Position numbers and translations under genes: made by a program
The notes under the pieces: generated by a model
Seen by the model: only the letters and a program-made list of their open reading frames with translations
What the model was told of the DNA's origin: nothing
Database searches by the model: none
Source: Chthonomonas calidirosea
GTDB lineage: Bacteria > Armatimonadota > Fimbriimonadia > Fimbriimonadales > Fimbriimonadaceae
Assembly (NCBI GenBank): GCA_945859975.1
Contig: CAMAPH010000001.1
Span: 145,070 to 209,069, forward strand
DNA length: 64,000 bases
Direction of reading: 5' to 3'
In this document: piece by piece, positions 19,787 through 28,952 of the stretch
Numbering within the stretch: the first letter of the stretch is position 1
How the letters are laid out: the number at the start of each line of letters is the position of its first letter

Positions 19787-20682
19787 GCCCGTGCCCCCGC
19801 CGCCGCAGTCGGATCCTTACGGAAGTAAGCCAAAACCGCCAAGCTCGCCAGCATGCTCACCGCAAAAACGACGACCGCCAATGCCGAGGCATAACCGTAC
19901 TGACCGTTCTTCGCAATCTGCTCATAAAGGTACGAAACAATCGTCTCCGTCCCCCGGTCCGGCCCACCTTCGGTCATCACGAAGACCAAGGCGAAAACGG
20001 TGAGGATGTGGATCAGCAGGTAGGTAATCGCCGTCCGCTTGACCGACCAAAGCAACGGCCAAGTGACGTGCCGAAACCGGTGCCAGCCCTCGCTGCCGTC
20101 CAAGGCGCTCGCCTCTTTGATCTCTTCCGAGATCTGCTTGAGCCCGGCGCTAAAGAGCAAAACGAAGAACCCAAGCGCGTGCCAAACAAACGCCACGGCA
20201 ATCGCCCCAAAGGCATACCGAGGGTCGCGGACAATCCCCGGATCGCGCACCGGCAACCCGACCCGGAACAGCAAATCGGTCACGAGACCGTACTTCGGGT
20301 TCAGCTGAAACTGCCAAATCAGCGCCACGGCGACGAGCGAAATCACCTGCGGGAACAAATAAATCGCCCGTGCAAACTTCCGCACCGGCCCCGCACCGTC
20401 CGTCAAATGCGCCAGCAAAACCCCGAGGCCGATGGTGACAACCCCGGCCAAAACCAAGAGCATTCCCGTGTTCTGAAGCGACTTCCAGAACACCGGATCC
20501 TGGCTCAGGTTCTGGAAGTTCTCCATGCCGATGAACTTCCGATTCCGGCTAACGCCGCGCCATCGGTACATCGACATCTGGAACGACTGCAACAGCGGCC
20601 AGACCAAAAAGACCGCGTACAGCAAAACCGCCGGCGATAGGAACGCAACAATAAACGCGCCCCTACCTTTCGAATGTCGCAT
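19783..20682 (-). CDS. Carbohydrate ABC transporter permease (MalF/NgcF-like)
   Basis: EAA motif EIKEASALDGS; MTEGGPD. Start placed at MRHSKG (20682), just after the SBP stop. Confidence 0.92.
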   Translation of the reverse strand: MRHSKGRGAFIVAFLSPAVLLYAVFLVWPLLQSFQMSMYRWRGVSRNRKFIGMENFQNLSQDPVFWKSLQNTGMLLVLAGVVTIGLGVLLAHLTDGAGPVRKFARAIYLFPQVISLVAVALIWQFQLNPKYGLVTDLLFRVGLPVRDPGIVRDPRYAFGAIAVAFVWHALGFFVLLFSAGLKQISEEIKEASALDGSEGWHRFRHVTWPLLWSVKRTAITYLLIHILTVFALVFVMTEGGPDRGTETIVSYLYEQIAKNGQYGYASALAVVVFAVSMLASLAVLAYFRKDPTAAAGARA

Positions 20683-20689
20683 GCCGAAA

Positions 20690-22030
20690 TCAGACCTTGT
20701 GCTTCGTGATGTTCGGGTCCTTTCGAACCTTATCCGCCGCCGCTTCCGCCCGGTCACAGAACTGCTGAGCCGTGAGCTGACCGTTCAAAAGGCTGGTCAA
20801 ACCGTTCTCTAGCTCCGTGCTCAAGGCCGGATACCAGTGCCGGAACTGAACCGAGTAAACCGCCTTGCTCTCGCGCAAGGTCTTGCTCGGAACCTTCAAA
20901 ACATCGGGCAATTCGCCATCATCGCTGCCCTTAATCGCCATCAACGTGCCCTTTTCCTGGACAAACTTCTTGGCGACCGAAAGGCTGGTCATGTACTTGA
21001 ACAGCTCAATCGCTGCTTCCTTGTTCTTCGCCTCGGTCGGCACCATCCAAGGCTCGATCCCGATCAAAACCGCCGTCGGATCGCCCTTCCCACCATCAAT
21101 AAACGGCGGAAGGAAGTACTCCATCTTCGCCGTCGCGGGCATGGTCTTCTTCATCTCGCTGAATAGCCAACTTCCGCAAGGCACCATCGCCGCCTTGCCC
21201 TGAACAAACTCCTGCTGAGCCTCCGTGTGGCTCATCGAAGTCGCCCCTTCCTGGAAGAATCCCTTCTGCTTGAGCTCGACAATCCGCTCGGTCGCCTGAA
21301 CCATCGCGGGCGAATTCCACGCTCCCTCTTCGAGGTTCTGCGCTGCATTAACCGCGTCAATGCCACCAATGCTCTGCACCCAAGGCAACAGCATCCCGTC
21401 GATCATGTAGTACGGATACTTGCCCTGGAAGGTGATGGGCGCCATGCCCTTCTTCTTAATCTTGTCGGACAGCGTCAGCAGTTCCGAGTAGGTCTTCGGC
21501 ACCGTCCAGCCGTTCTTCTTGAAGACCTCGGGGTCGTACCACCAGCCGTAGATCATCACGTAGTACGGCAAGGTGTATTGAACGCCCTTGAGCTGTCCCA
21601 GGGCCAGAATTTGCGGGTCAAAACTCTCTCGCCAAGTTCCGTCGCCTTCCGCCGCTTTGCCATCGAGCGCCGGGCCTAGGTCAACCAGCTGATCCTCTTC
21701 GGCCAAATCCCAATGCTTCATGCCCCAACCGGGGAAGGTGAGGTCCGGCGGGTTGCCGTTGGCAAATCGCGGGGTCAAAGATTCCCAAACGCGGGGGCCA
21801 CCTTCGACGGTGATCTTGAGGTCGGGGTGCTGCTTTTCGAACTCCTTCGCCGATGCCTGATAAAAGTCGATGCCGTATCCGCCCTGGAAGGCTTGGACTT
21901 CTAGAGCCCCGGTCAGCTTTCCGCCAGCCGTTGGAGTGGTGGTTTCCTTTGCCTCAGGAGCTGCGGTCGAGTTGCATCCGACGAGGCCAGCCGCCAGAGC
22001 GATCGAAGCGATTGCGACAACGAATTTCAT
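20690..22030 (-). CDS. Carbohydrate ABC transporter solute-binding lipoprotein (NgcE-like, possibly amino-sugar binding)
   Basis: Lipobox LVGC; AFQGGYG, RFANGNPPD and GKAAMVPCGSW are typical of family-1 SBPs of the NgcE type. Confidence 0.88.
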   Translation of the reverse strand: MKFVVAIASIALAAGLVGCNSTAAPEAKETTTPTAGGKLTGALEVQAFQGGYGIDFYQASAKEFEKQHPDLKITVEGGPRVWESLTPRFANGNPPDLTFPGWGMKHWDLAEEDQLVDLGPALDGKAAEGDGTWRESFDPQILALGQLKGVQYTLPYYVMIYGWWYDPEVFKKNGWTVPKTYSELLTLSDKIKKKGMAPITFQGKYPYYMIDGMLLPWVQSIGGIDAVNAAQNLEEGAWNSPAMVQATERIVELKQKGFFQEGATSMSHTEAQQEFVQGKAAMVPCGSWLFSEMKKTMPATAKMEYFLPPFIDGGKGDPTAVLIGIEPWMVPTEAKNKEAAIELFKYMTSLSVAKKFVQEKGTLMAIKGSDDGELPDVLKVPSKTLRESKAVYSVQFRHWYPALSTELENGLTSLLNGQLTAQQFCDRAEAAADKVRKDPNITKHKV

Positions 22031-22076
22031 GGGGTCTATTATCGCAGTCTTGAAGCTTTTCGGCTAGGAAAGACAT

Positions 22077-22157
22077 CATACGACAAACGTGTCGCATGTT
22101 AAGTGATCGCTTTTTGCCCTTAAGGGTTGCGTAATCGACATTGTTTATGCGTATAAA
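22077..22157. promoter_or_regulatory. Divergent promoter region with two candidate operators
   Basis: CATACGACA-AACG-TGTCGCATG (22077-22098) and TTTATGC/GTATAAA (22144-22157). The second overlaps the -10 (TATAAA) of the RND operon, which ends in marR. Confidence 0.45.
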
Positions 22158-22163
22158 GTATTC

Positions 22164-23804
22164 ATGGCGACGGTCCGACGCTGGCTTCTGATTCTTGTCC
22201 CGGTGTTCGTGCTGGCCTTCATCATTTTTTCGCGCGTGCGCGCCGTTGAGGGTGCGGAGGCAAAGCAGAAGGCGGAGGCCGGCGCACGCAAAGGCGCGGC
22301 AGCCAGCGTCGAAGTCGCAACCGCAGAATCGCGGCCGATCGTCCAGACCATCGAGGCGATCGGCAACGTCACGTCGGAGTTCACGGTGAACCTGAGTCCG
22401 CGCATTTCCGGGCTCATCACTTCCCTGCAAGTCCGCGAGGGGGACCGAGTGACGGCGGGACAGGTTCTGGTCCGCATTGATCCGAACCAGGCCGAAGCCC
22501 AGATTCTCGAAAGCACCGCAAACGTGAACGAGAGCCGAAGCCGACTAGCTCAAGCGCAAGCGACGATCCATGCCAGCGAAGTCCAAATCGAAACCAACAT
22601 CCGCCAAGCCCGCGCCGAGCTTGCCAGCGCGGAAGCAACGCTTCAACAAGTTCGAAAGCAAGTTGAAGGGCGGGTGGCCAATGCCGCGGCGACCGTTCGC
22701 CAATCCGAAGCCGCCCTCGCCGTCACCCGAGCCGAAAAGAAGAACCGCGCCGCAGAGCTCACCGGCGCCCAAGCGACTTTGAAGAATGAGCAAATCCGGC
22801 TCGAACGAGTGAAGGGCTTGTTTGAGAAAGGTTACGTTGCCGGTTCGATTGTGGACAACGCCACGGCCGCCGTCGGAGTTGCGGAATCGGCCGTTCGAGT
22901 GAAGGAAGGCGAAGTCGAATCCGCCCAAGCCGACATCGATGCCGCCCAAGCGAAGCTGGAAGCCGACCGGACCGCACTTACGACAACCCAGGCAAGCGGC
23001 CAGGCCGAAATTCAGGCCTCCGCTGCCCGGGTCTCGCAGCTTAAGTCGGCAGTCACCGCCGCCGAAGCGAACCGAGCGCAATCACCCGCCAACCGAGCTA
23101 ACGTAAACGCCCTGCAAGCCGGCGTGGCGTCGGTCGAAGCCCAGCTTCAAGCCGCTGAAGCGCAACGGAAAGACACAGAGCTGAGTTCGCCATTTTCGGG
23201 CATCGTGACCTCTCGCACCGCCGATCCGGGCACCTTAGCCAGCCCGGGCCAGGCCGTACTTCGAGTCGAATCCGCCGACTCTTTATTCGTGATCGCGGCC
23301 ATTCCGGTCACCGACGCCGCCCGAGTGCGCCCGGGTCAGCCGGTGACCATTCGGCTCGATGGTTCGACTGGTGCCCCAATCCAAACTCGGGTGGACACGG
23401 TCGTCCCATCGGCCAACCCCAGCGACCGCCAAGTATCAGTTCGAATGCGGGTGAAGAACACGGACGGCCAGATCAAGCCCGGAATGTTCGCGAAGGTTTC
23501 CATCGAGATTGATCGAACAGAGCCGACGATCGTGGTGCCGGGGGATGCGATCAAAAATGGATCGATTGCGGTTGTACTACCAGAGGGCACTTCGGAGAAT
23601 CGCGAAGTAAAAACCGGGAAAGCCGATGCACGAGGAATTCAGGTGCTGTCCGGAATCCAGCCCGGGGAAAAGGTGATCGTGCTTTCGTACAGCCCAGTGA
23701 AGCCGGGATCGAAGGTCAACATCACGGCCGAGCGACTGCCAGACGGAAGCCGAAAGCTAGTCGAGGCTCCGAAGAAAGCCGATCAGAAGGACGTGAAGAA
23801 GTGA
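22164..23804 (+). CDS. RND efflux periplasmic adaptor (membrane fusion protein) with a long alpha-helical hairpin
   Basis: N-terminal TM; lipoyl halves (ISGLITSLQVREGDRVTAGQVLVRID and LSSPFSGIV); IKPGMFAKV. Confidence 0.92.
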   Translation: MATVRRWLLILVPVFVLAFIIFSRVRAVEGAEAKQKAEAGARKGAAASVEVATAESRPIVQTIEAIGNVTSEFTVNLSPRISGLITSLQVREGDRVTAGQVLVRIDPNQAEAQILESTANVNESRSRLAQAQATIHASEVQIETNIRQARAELASAEATLQQVRKQVEGRVANAAATVRQSEAALAVTRAEKKNRAAELTGAQATLKNEQIRLERVKGLFEKGYVAGSIVDNATAAVGVAESAVRVKEGEVESAQADIDAAQAKLEADRTALTTTQASGQAEIQASAARVSQLKSAVTAAEANRAQSPANRANVNALQAGVASVEAQLQAAEAQRKDTELSSPFSGIVTSRTADPGTLASPGQAVLRVESADSLFVIAAIPVTDAARVRPGQPVTIRLDGSTGAPIQTRVDTVVPSANPSDRQVSVRMRVKNTDGQIKPGMFAKVSIEIDRTEPTIVVPGDAIKNGSIAVVLPEGTSENREVKTGKADARGIQVLSGIQPGEKVIVLSYSPVKPGSKVNITAERLPDGSRKLVEAPKKADQKDVKK

Positions 23805-26800
23805 GCGTAGCAAAATGGTCCGTAAGTCGTCCGGTAGCGGTCACCATGCGCATTGCCGCGCTCGTGTTGCTTGGCGCGATTTGTTTCCTGCGAATCCCGA
23901 TCGACCTCCTTCCGCGTGTCGACCTACCGGTCGTCACGATCAACACGAACTGGCCCAATACACCGCCGCAAGAAATTGAAACACAACTGACTCGGCCGAT
24001 AGAGCAAGCGGTTTCCACAATCCCTGGTCTGTATTCGGTGTCTTCGAGCTCACGGCTAGGCGAGTCTCAGGTTCGCGTCACGCTGAATTACGGCGTGAAC
24101 GTGGACAAAGCGACGGTCGACGTTCTGCAGTACGTCCAGCGAGCCTCGCGCTCCTTCCCGAACGATCCGAACATCACGCCGCCGGTTGTCTATAAGCTCG
24201 ACCCGAACTCGTTCCCGATCATGATCCTCGGCGTAAGTGGGATTGACGACCCGATTAAGCTCAAGTCCCTGTTGGTCAACGAGATCGGTCCGATCATCGA
24301 ATCTGCCGGCGGCGTGGCCCAGGCTACGGTCAGCGGCGGTCGAGACCGCGCGATCATTGTCGATGTTAATCCCGACAAGCTCCAGGCTTATGGCCTGACT
24401 CTCGCCGACGTCGCTTCGAGAATACAAGCTGAGAACATCAGCCAACCCGCTGGCCTCGCCAAATCGGGAGAGCGCGAGTACATCCTTCGTTCCTCGGGCT
24501 ACTTCAAGAATATCGATGACGCCAAGAACACCCCGGTCCGAACGATTAACGGCCGTGAGATCTTGCTCAAGGACGTTGCCGCCGTGCGAGACGAGGCTAC
24601 CGAGCAGCGAGTCTGGACCCGAGTTAATGGCGTTCCAGCCGTAGGACTATCGGTCACAAAGCAGAGCGATGCCAACACGGTGCAAACCGAGGCCAACGTT
24701 CGCAAGGCGATCATCGAGATCGAGCGCCGATACCCGGGCCTGAAGTTCAGCACGGCTTACGACCAATCCGCTTTCGTCAAAGAGTCGATTCACTTGCTCC
24801 AAGAGCACGCCGTGATTGGAGGAACTTTGGCGATTCTTGCCATTCTGTTCTTCCTGCGGAATGCCCGGTCCACGCTCGTGGTCGCGCTGTCCATCCCGAT
24901 CTCGATCACCAGTACGTTCGCTTTGATGTACTTCAACGGCTTCACGCTGAATACGATTTCTCTCAGCGCTCTTGCCTTGTCTACCGGGCTTATCGTGGAC
25001 GATGCGATTGTCGTGCTGGAGAACATCTTCCGGCACATGGAGCGCGACAAGAAGAGCGCGGTCGATGCGAGTATTTCCGGCACGCAGGAGATCATGCAGG
25101 CGGTTGTCGCCTCGACGATCACCGTTATGGTGGTCTTCGTTCCACTGTTCCTAATCCAGGGTCAGTCGGGGCAAATCTTCACTCAGCTAGCGCTGGTTGT
25201 CATCTTCTCGCTGGCCGTTTCGTTGCTTGACGCCGCGACGGTTGTGCCTATGCTCGCTTCCCGAGTCATTCGCGCTCAGGAGGTGATCGACCTCGAACAC
25301 CCGGAACGGCAGCTTCAACAGCGTGGCATCGGCGCGAAGATTTCGGGCCGAATGGGGCTGATGTTCAACGCCATCGACGACTCGTATCGCTCGGGACTGC
25401 AATGGGCACTGAAGCGGCGCTGGTGGGTGATCGGCGGAGCCGCGTTGCTCACAGCTGCGGTCATTCCGCTTTGGGACATGGTCGGTTCAGAAAGCTTGCC
25501 CAAGACGGACTCCGGAGACATCAACGTGCGGGTTCGCCTCCCGGTTGGAACGGCGTTGTCGACGACTCGAGACAAGATGGACCAAGTTGAGAAAGCTCTT
25601 CTGGCTGATCCCGACATCGAGACCGTGTTCCTTTCGGTCGGCGCTGGCATTTCCTTCCGAGGCTCGGTGGGAGGCGCGCAAGCAAACGCTGGTGCGGCAA
25701 ACATTCACCTTAAGCACGAACGTAAAGGAACCACCGAGGAGATCTCGAAGCGCATCGAGACGAGCCTGAAGAACATTTCCGGCATTCGCGCGACGGCAAG
25801 CCCGTTTGACCTCGTGTCGAACATCATCGGCGGCAATGCGCAGGGCCTTCAAATCGACATCCTCGGGGCTAATCTCGAGCAACTGAGCATCGTCGCCAAG
25901 CAGGTTAAGGAAGAGATTACGGACGTCCCGGGTCTCGAAGGTGTGGACGTAAGTGTCGAAGACTCGACCCCAGAAGTCCAGTGGTCAGTTGACCGACAAA
26001 AGGCGCAGGCGCTCGGCGTGAGCTACCAAGACATCGCTTCCGCAATCCAGGGAAGTACAAACGGCACGCTCTCGACCTACTTCCAAGAGGACGGATTCCA
26101 GTATCCAATCTATGTGCAGCTTCCCGTGGAAGAACGACGCGAGATCACGGAGTTGGTGAAGATCCCCGTTCGGCTTAACCCAGTCACCGGCTCACCGATT
26201 CTGCTGGGACAAGTTGCCACCCCGATCATTACCGGCGGTCCAAACGAGATCAATCGACTGAACCGGCAGCGGTTTATCTCGGTTGGTGGACGATATAGCG
26301 ATCGAACTGAGAGCGAAATTCTCGCCGATGTTGAAGCCAAGATGGCAAAAATGGAGTTGCCGCAAGGCACAACTTGGGCCTTTGGTGAGCGTCAGCGGCG
26401 AAAGGCAGAAGAGTTCAGCGGCCTTGGGATTGCCGTCGCGCTGGCGGTCGTGCTTATCTACATGTTGCTCGCTTCGCAGTTTGAGAGCTTCATCTATCCA
26501 TTGGTCGTTCTCGCCACGGTTCCTTTGTGCGTCGTCGGAGTCATTCTCGCGCTCTTCCTCACGGGCCGGGCGTTTGGCTTAACGGCGTTTGTTGGGCTTT
26601 TGATGCTCATTGGCATCGTCGTGAAGAACGGAATTTTGCTGGTCGACTACACGAACCAACTTCGTGGGAGAGGTGTGCCTCGAGATGAAGCAATTCTCGT
26701 TGCTTCTCCAACGCGGCTTCGACCGATCTTGATGACTTCGATTGCGGCCATCTTCGGAATGATTCCGCTTGCTGCCGCAACGAACGCAGCCTCGCAGCTT

Positions 26801-27022
26801 CAAGCGCCGCTTGCAACCGTCGTCATCGGCGGACTCGCGACTTCCACTCTGCTCACGCTATTCGTGGTTCCGGTGGTCTACACGTTCTTTGATGACATGG
26901 CGCGAAAAGTCCGAAAGGACCCGCGCGATTTCGCCGCAGCGGTCGGTATCGAGCCAACGCCGGCATCGGTCGGACCAAGCGTGCTGGAAGATGATGCGGC
27001 GGTAGGGGCGGGACGTGAATGA
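23801..27022 (+). CDS. RND efflux transporter permease (AcrB/MdtBC-like HAE1 family)
   Basis: Motifs GLIVDDAIVVLENI, GIVVKNGILLVD and RLRPILMT; 1073 aa. Confidence 0.95.
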   Translation: MSVAKWSVSRPVAVTMRIAALVLLGAICFLRIPIDLLPRVDLPVVTINTNWPNTPPQEIETQLTRPIEQAVSTIPGLYSVSSSSRLGESQVRVTLNYGVNVDKATVDVLQYVQRASRSFPNDPNITPPVVYKLDPNSFPIMILGVSGIDDPIKLKSLLVNEIGPIIESAGGVAQATVSGGRDRAIIVDVNPDKLQAYGLTLADVASRIQAENISQPAGLAKSGEREYILRSSGYFKNIDDAKNTPVRTINGREILLKDVAAVRDEATEQRVWTRVNGVPAVGLSVTKQSDANTVQTEANVRKAIIEIERRYPGLKFSTAYDQSAFVKESIHLLQEHAVIGGTLAILAILFFLRNARSTLVVALSIPISITSTFALMYFNGFTLNTISLSALALSTGLIVDDAIVVLENIFRHMERDKKSAVDASISGTQEIMQAVVASTITVMVVFVPLFLIQGQSGQIFTQLALVVIFSLAVSLLDAATVVPMLASRVIRAQEVIDLEHPERQLQQRGIGAKISGRMGLMFNAIDDSYRSGLQWALKRRWWVIGGAALLTAAVIPLWDMVGSESLPKTDSGDINVRVRLPVGTALSTTRDKMDQVEKALLADPDIETVFLSVGAGISFRGSVGGAQANAGAANIHLKHERKGTTEEISKRIETSLKNISGIRATASPFDLVSNIIGGNAQGLQIDILGANLEQLSIVAKQVKEEITDVPGLEGVDVSVEDSTPEVQWSVDRQKAQALGVSYQDIASAIQGSTNGTLSTYFQEDGFQYPIYVQLPVEERREITELVKIPVRLNPVTGSPILLGQVATPIITGGPNEINRLNRQRFISVGGRYSDRTESEILADVEAKMAKMELPQGTTWAFGERQRRKAEEFSGLGIAVALAVVLIYMLLASQFESFIYPLVVLATVPLCVVGVILALFLTGRAFGLTAFVGLLMLIGIVVKNGILLVDYTNQLRGRGVPRDEAILVASPTRLRPILMTSIAAIFGMIPLAAATNAASQLQAPLATVVIGGLATSTLLTLFVVPVVYTFFDDMARKVRKDPRDFAAAVGIEPTPASVGPSVLEDDAAVGAGRE

Positions 27023-27500
27023 TCTTCGTGAAGAAGCTGAGCTGATCGAATCGCTACTTCCAAAACTGATGCGGAAGCTGTTCCGTCCGGTCATGGACGA
27101 TACGATCGGTGAGCTTCCGCTCGCGCAGCTTCGGGTCGTCCGCGCGCTGGAAGTCAGCCCACATACGGTGAGCGAGTTGGCCGAGGAATTTCGGATGAGT
27201 CTAAGCTCTGCCTCCCAGCTTGTGCATCGATTGGTTGATGCGGGGCTGGTTCATGTGGACTGCGAAAGCGTGGATCGGCGAATTCGTACCGTGAAGCTGA
27301 CTGCCCTTGGGTCGAAGCTGATGCGGCATCGGCGCGAAACAAGAATCCAGCTTGCGGAGAACGCGCTCGCCGGACTTTCGCCGATCGAACGCGCCACTTT
27401 ACTGTCCTCAGTCGGCAGACTTTTGGCCGAGTGTGAGTCGGTCGGAGCAGAGCCATCGGAGTCGCTTGCCCAGATCGCGGAGCTTGAGCACGGCGCTTAG
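27015..27500 (+). CDS. MarR family transcriptional regulator
   Basis: Winged HTH TVSELAEEFRMSLSSASQLVHRLVDAGLV followed by DRRIRTVKLTALG. Confidence 0.9.
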   Translation: MNDLREEAELIESLLPKLMRKLFRPVMDDTIGELPLAQLRVVRALEVSPHTVSELAEEFRMSLSSASQLVHRLVDAGLVHVDCESVDRRIRTVKLTALGSKLMRHRRETRIQLAENALAGLSPIERATLLSSVGRLLAECESVGAEPSESLAQIAELEHGA

Positions 27501-27537
27501 CTGGTGAGTTCTGCCGGTAGCTTGGTAGCATCTCCGC

Positions 27538-28857
27538 ATGTTCGAGTTGACCCGTAGAGGATTGTTGCGCGGCGCCGCCGCCGTTGGTGCTGCTTTGTCT
27601 CCCCTAAGCCTGATCAAGGCTGAGGCCGTTGAACCACCGCAGAAGCATCCGACCATGCGAAAGGTGAAGTTTGAAGGTCGTTCTCGCATCCGAATCGGTC
27701 TCATTGGAACCGGCGGGCGTGGGCGATCTTTGCTCGGGGATTTCCTCGCGGTGCCGGAAGTTGATGTGATCGCGATCTGCGATATCAATCCGGATGCTCT
27801 CAAAGGCGCAGTTAGCCAGATCACGAAAGCGGGCAAACCTGCCCCGGCGACTTACGGTGCTACCGAGCGAGAATTCGAAAAGCTCAATCGCCGCGACGAC
27901 ATCGACCTCGTCGTGATCGCAACGCCTTGGGATTGGCACGTGCCCATGGCGGTCGACGCCATGAAGAGCGGCAAACACGCCGCCGTCGAAGTTCCCGCCG
28001 CCGTGACCCTTAAACAATGCTGGGAACTCGTCGATACTTCCGAAGCCACCCGTAAGCACTGCGTGATTTTGGAGAACTGTTGCTACGGATACAACGAGAT
28101 GATGGTGCTGAACATGTGCCAGCAAGGCGTATTCGGTGAGCTCACGCACGGAGAAGCGGCGTACATCCACGACCTGCGCGGCCTTCTCTTCGCGACCTAC
28201 AGCGAGGGTCTCTGGCGACGAAAGCCGCATGCGATGCGGAACGGAAACCTCTATCCAACCCACGGCCTCGGACCCGTGGCTCAGTACATGGGCGTTCACT
28301 CCGGCGACCGCTTCGAGTCCATCGTCTCTGTCAGTTCGGCTGAAAAGAGCCTGACTGCCTACGGTAAGAAAAACCTAAAGGCGGGTGATCCACGGCTCAG
28401 CGAAAAGTACGTCTGCGGCGACATGAACACAAGCATCATCAAGACCGCCAAGGGCCGCACCATCATGCTGCAGCACGACGTGGTGACGCCTCGCCCCTAT
28501 AGCCGACACAACATGATTGCCGGTACGGAAGGCACCTTTGCCGACTACCCCGCGCGAATTTATCTTGATTCCATGGGGAACGACGAATGGAAAGATCTTA
28601 CGAGCTTTAAGGATAGGTACGAGCATCCGCTGTGGAAAAAGAACGGCGACTACGCCCGGAAGTACAGCGGCCACGGCGGAATGGACTTCCTCATGTGTGC
28701 ACGCCTGATCGAGTGCATGCGAGACGGACTTGCTCCGGATATGGATGTTTACGATGCCGCGGCTTGGAGCGCACCGACGCCGCTCAGCGAAGCGTCCGTA
28801 GCCAAAGGTGGCTCCGCGCAAAAGTTCCCTGACTTCACGCGCGGGAACTGGAAGTAA
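27538..28857 (+). CDS. Tat-exported GH109-like NAD+-dependent glycosidase (alpha-N-acetylgalactosaminidase family, Gfo/Idh/MocA fold)
   Basis: Signal TRRGLL; motifs ATPWDWH, VEVPAA, LENCCY, YPTHGLGP and GHGGMD. Confidence 0.88.
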   Translation: MFELTRRGLLRGAAAVGAALSPLSLIKAEAVEPPQKHPTMRKVKFEGRSRIRIGLIGTGGRGRSLLGDFLAVPEVDVIAICDINPDALKGAVSQITKAGKPAPATYGATEREFEKLNRRDDIDLVVIATPWDWHVPMAVDAMKSGKHAAVEVPAAVTLKQCWELVDTSEATRKHCVILENCCYGYNEMMVLNMCQQGVFGELTHGEAAYIHDLRGLLFATYSEGLWRRKPHAMRNGNLYPTHGLGPVAQYMGVHSGDRFESIVSVSSAEKSLTAYGKKNLKAGDPRLSEKYVCGDMNTSIIKTAKGRTIMLQHDVVTPRPYSRHNMIAGTEGTFADYPARIYLDSMGNDEWKDLTSFKDRYEHPLWKKNGDYARKYSGHGGMDFLMCARLIECMRDGLAPDMDVYDAAAWSAPTPLSEASVAKGGSAQKFPDFTRGNWK

Positions 28858-28884
28858 TTTAAGCATTTTCCGATGTATTTTGGA

Positions 28885-28917
28885 GTTGCTCCCGGCCAAA
28901 AGCTGGCTGGGAGCAAC
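28885..28917. terminator. Hairpin between convergent genes
   Basis: GTTGCTCCCGGCCA-AAAGC-TGGCTGGGAGCAAC. Confidence 0.55.
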
Positions 28918-28952
28918 AGAACATCACGTGCTTGTATTCGTCTCGCTAGAAA

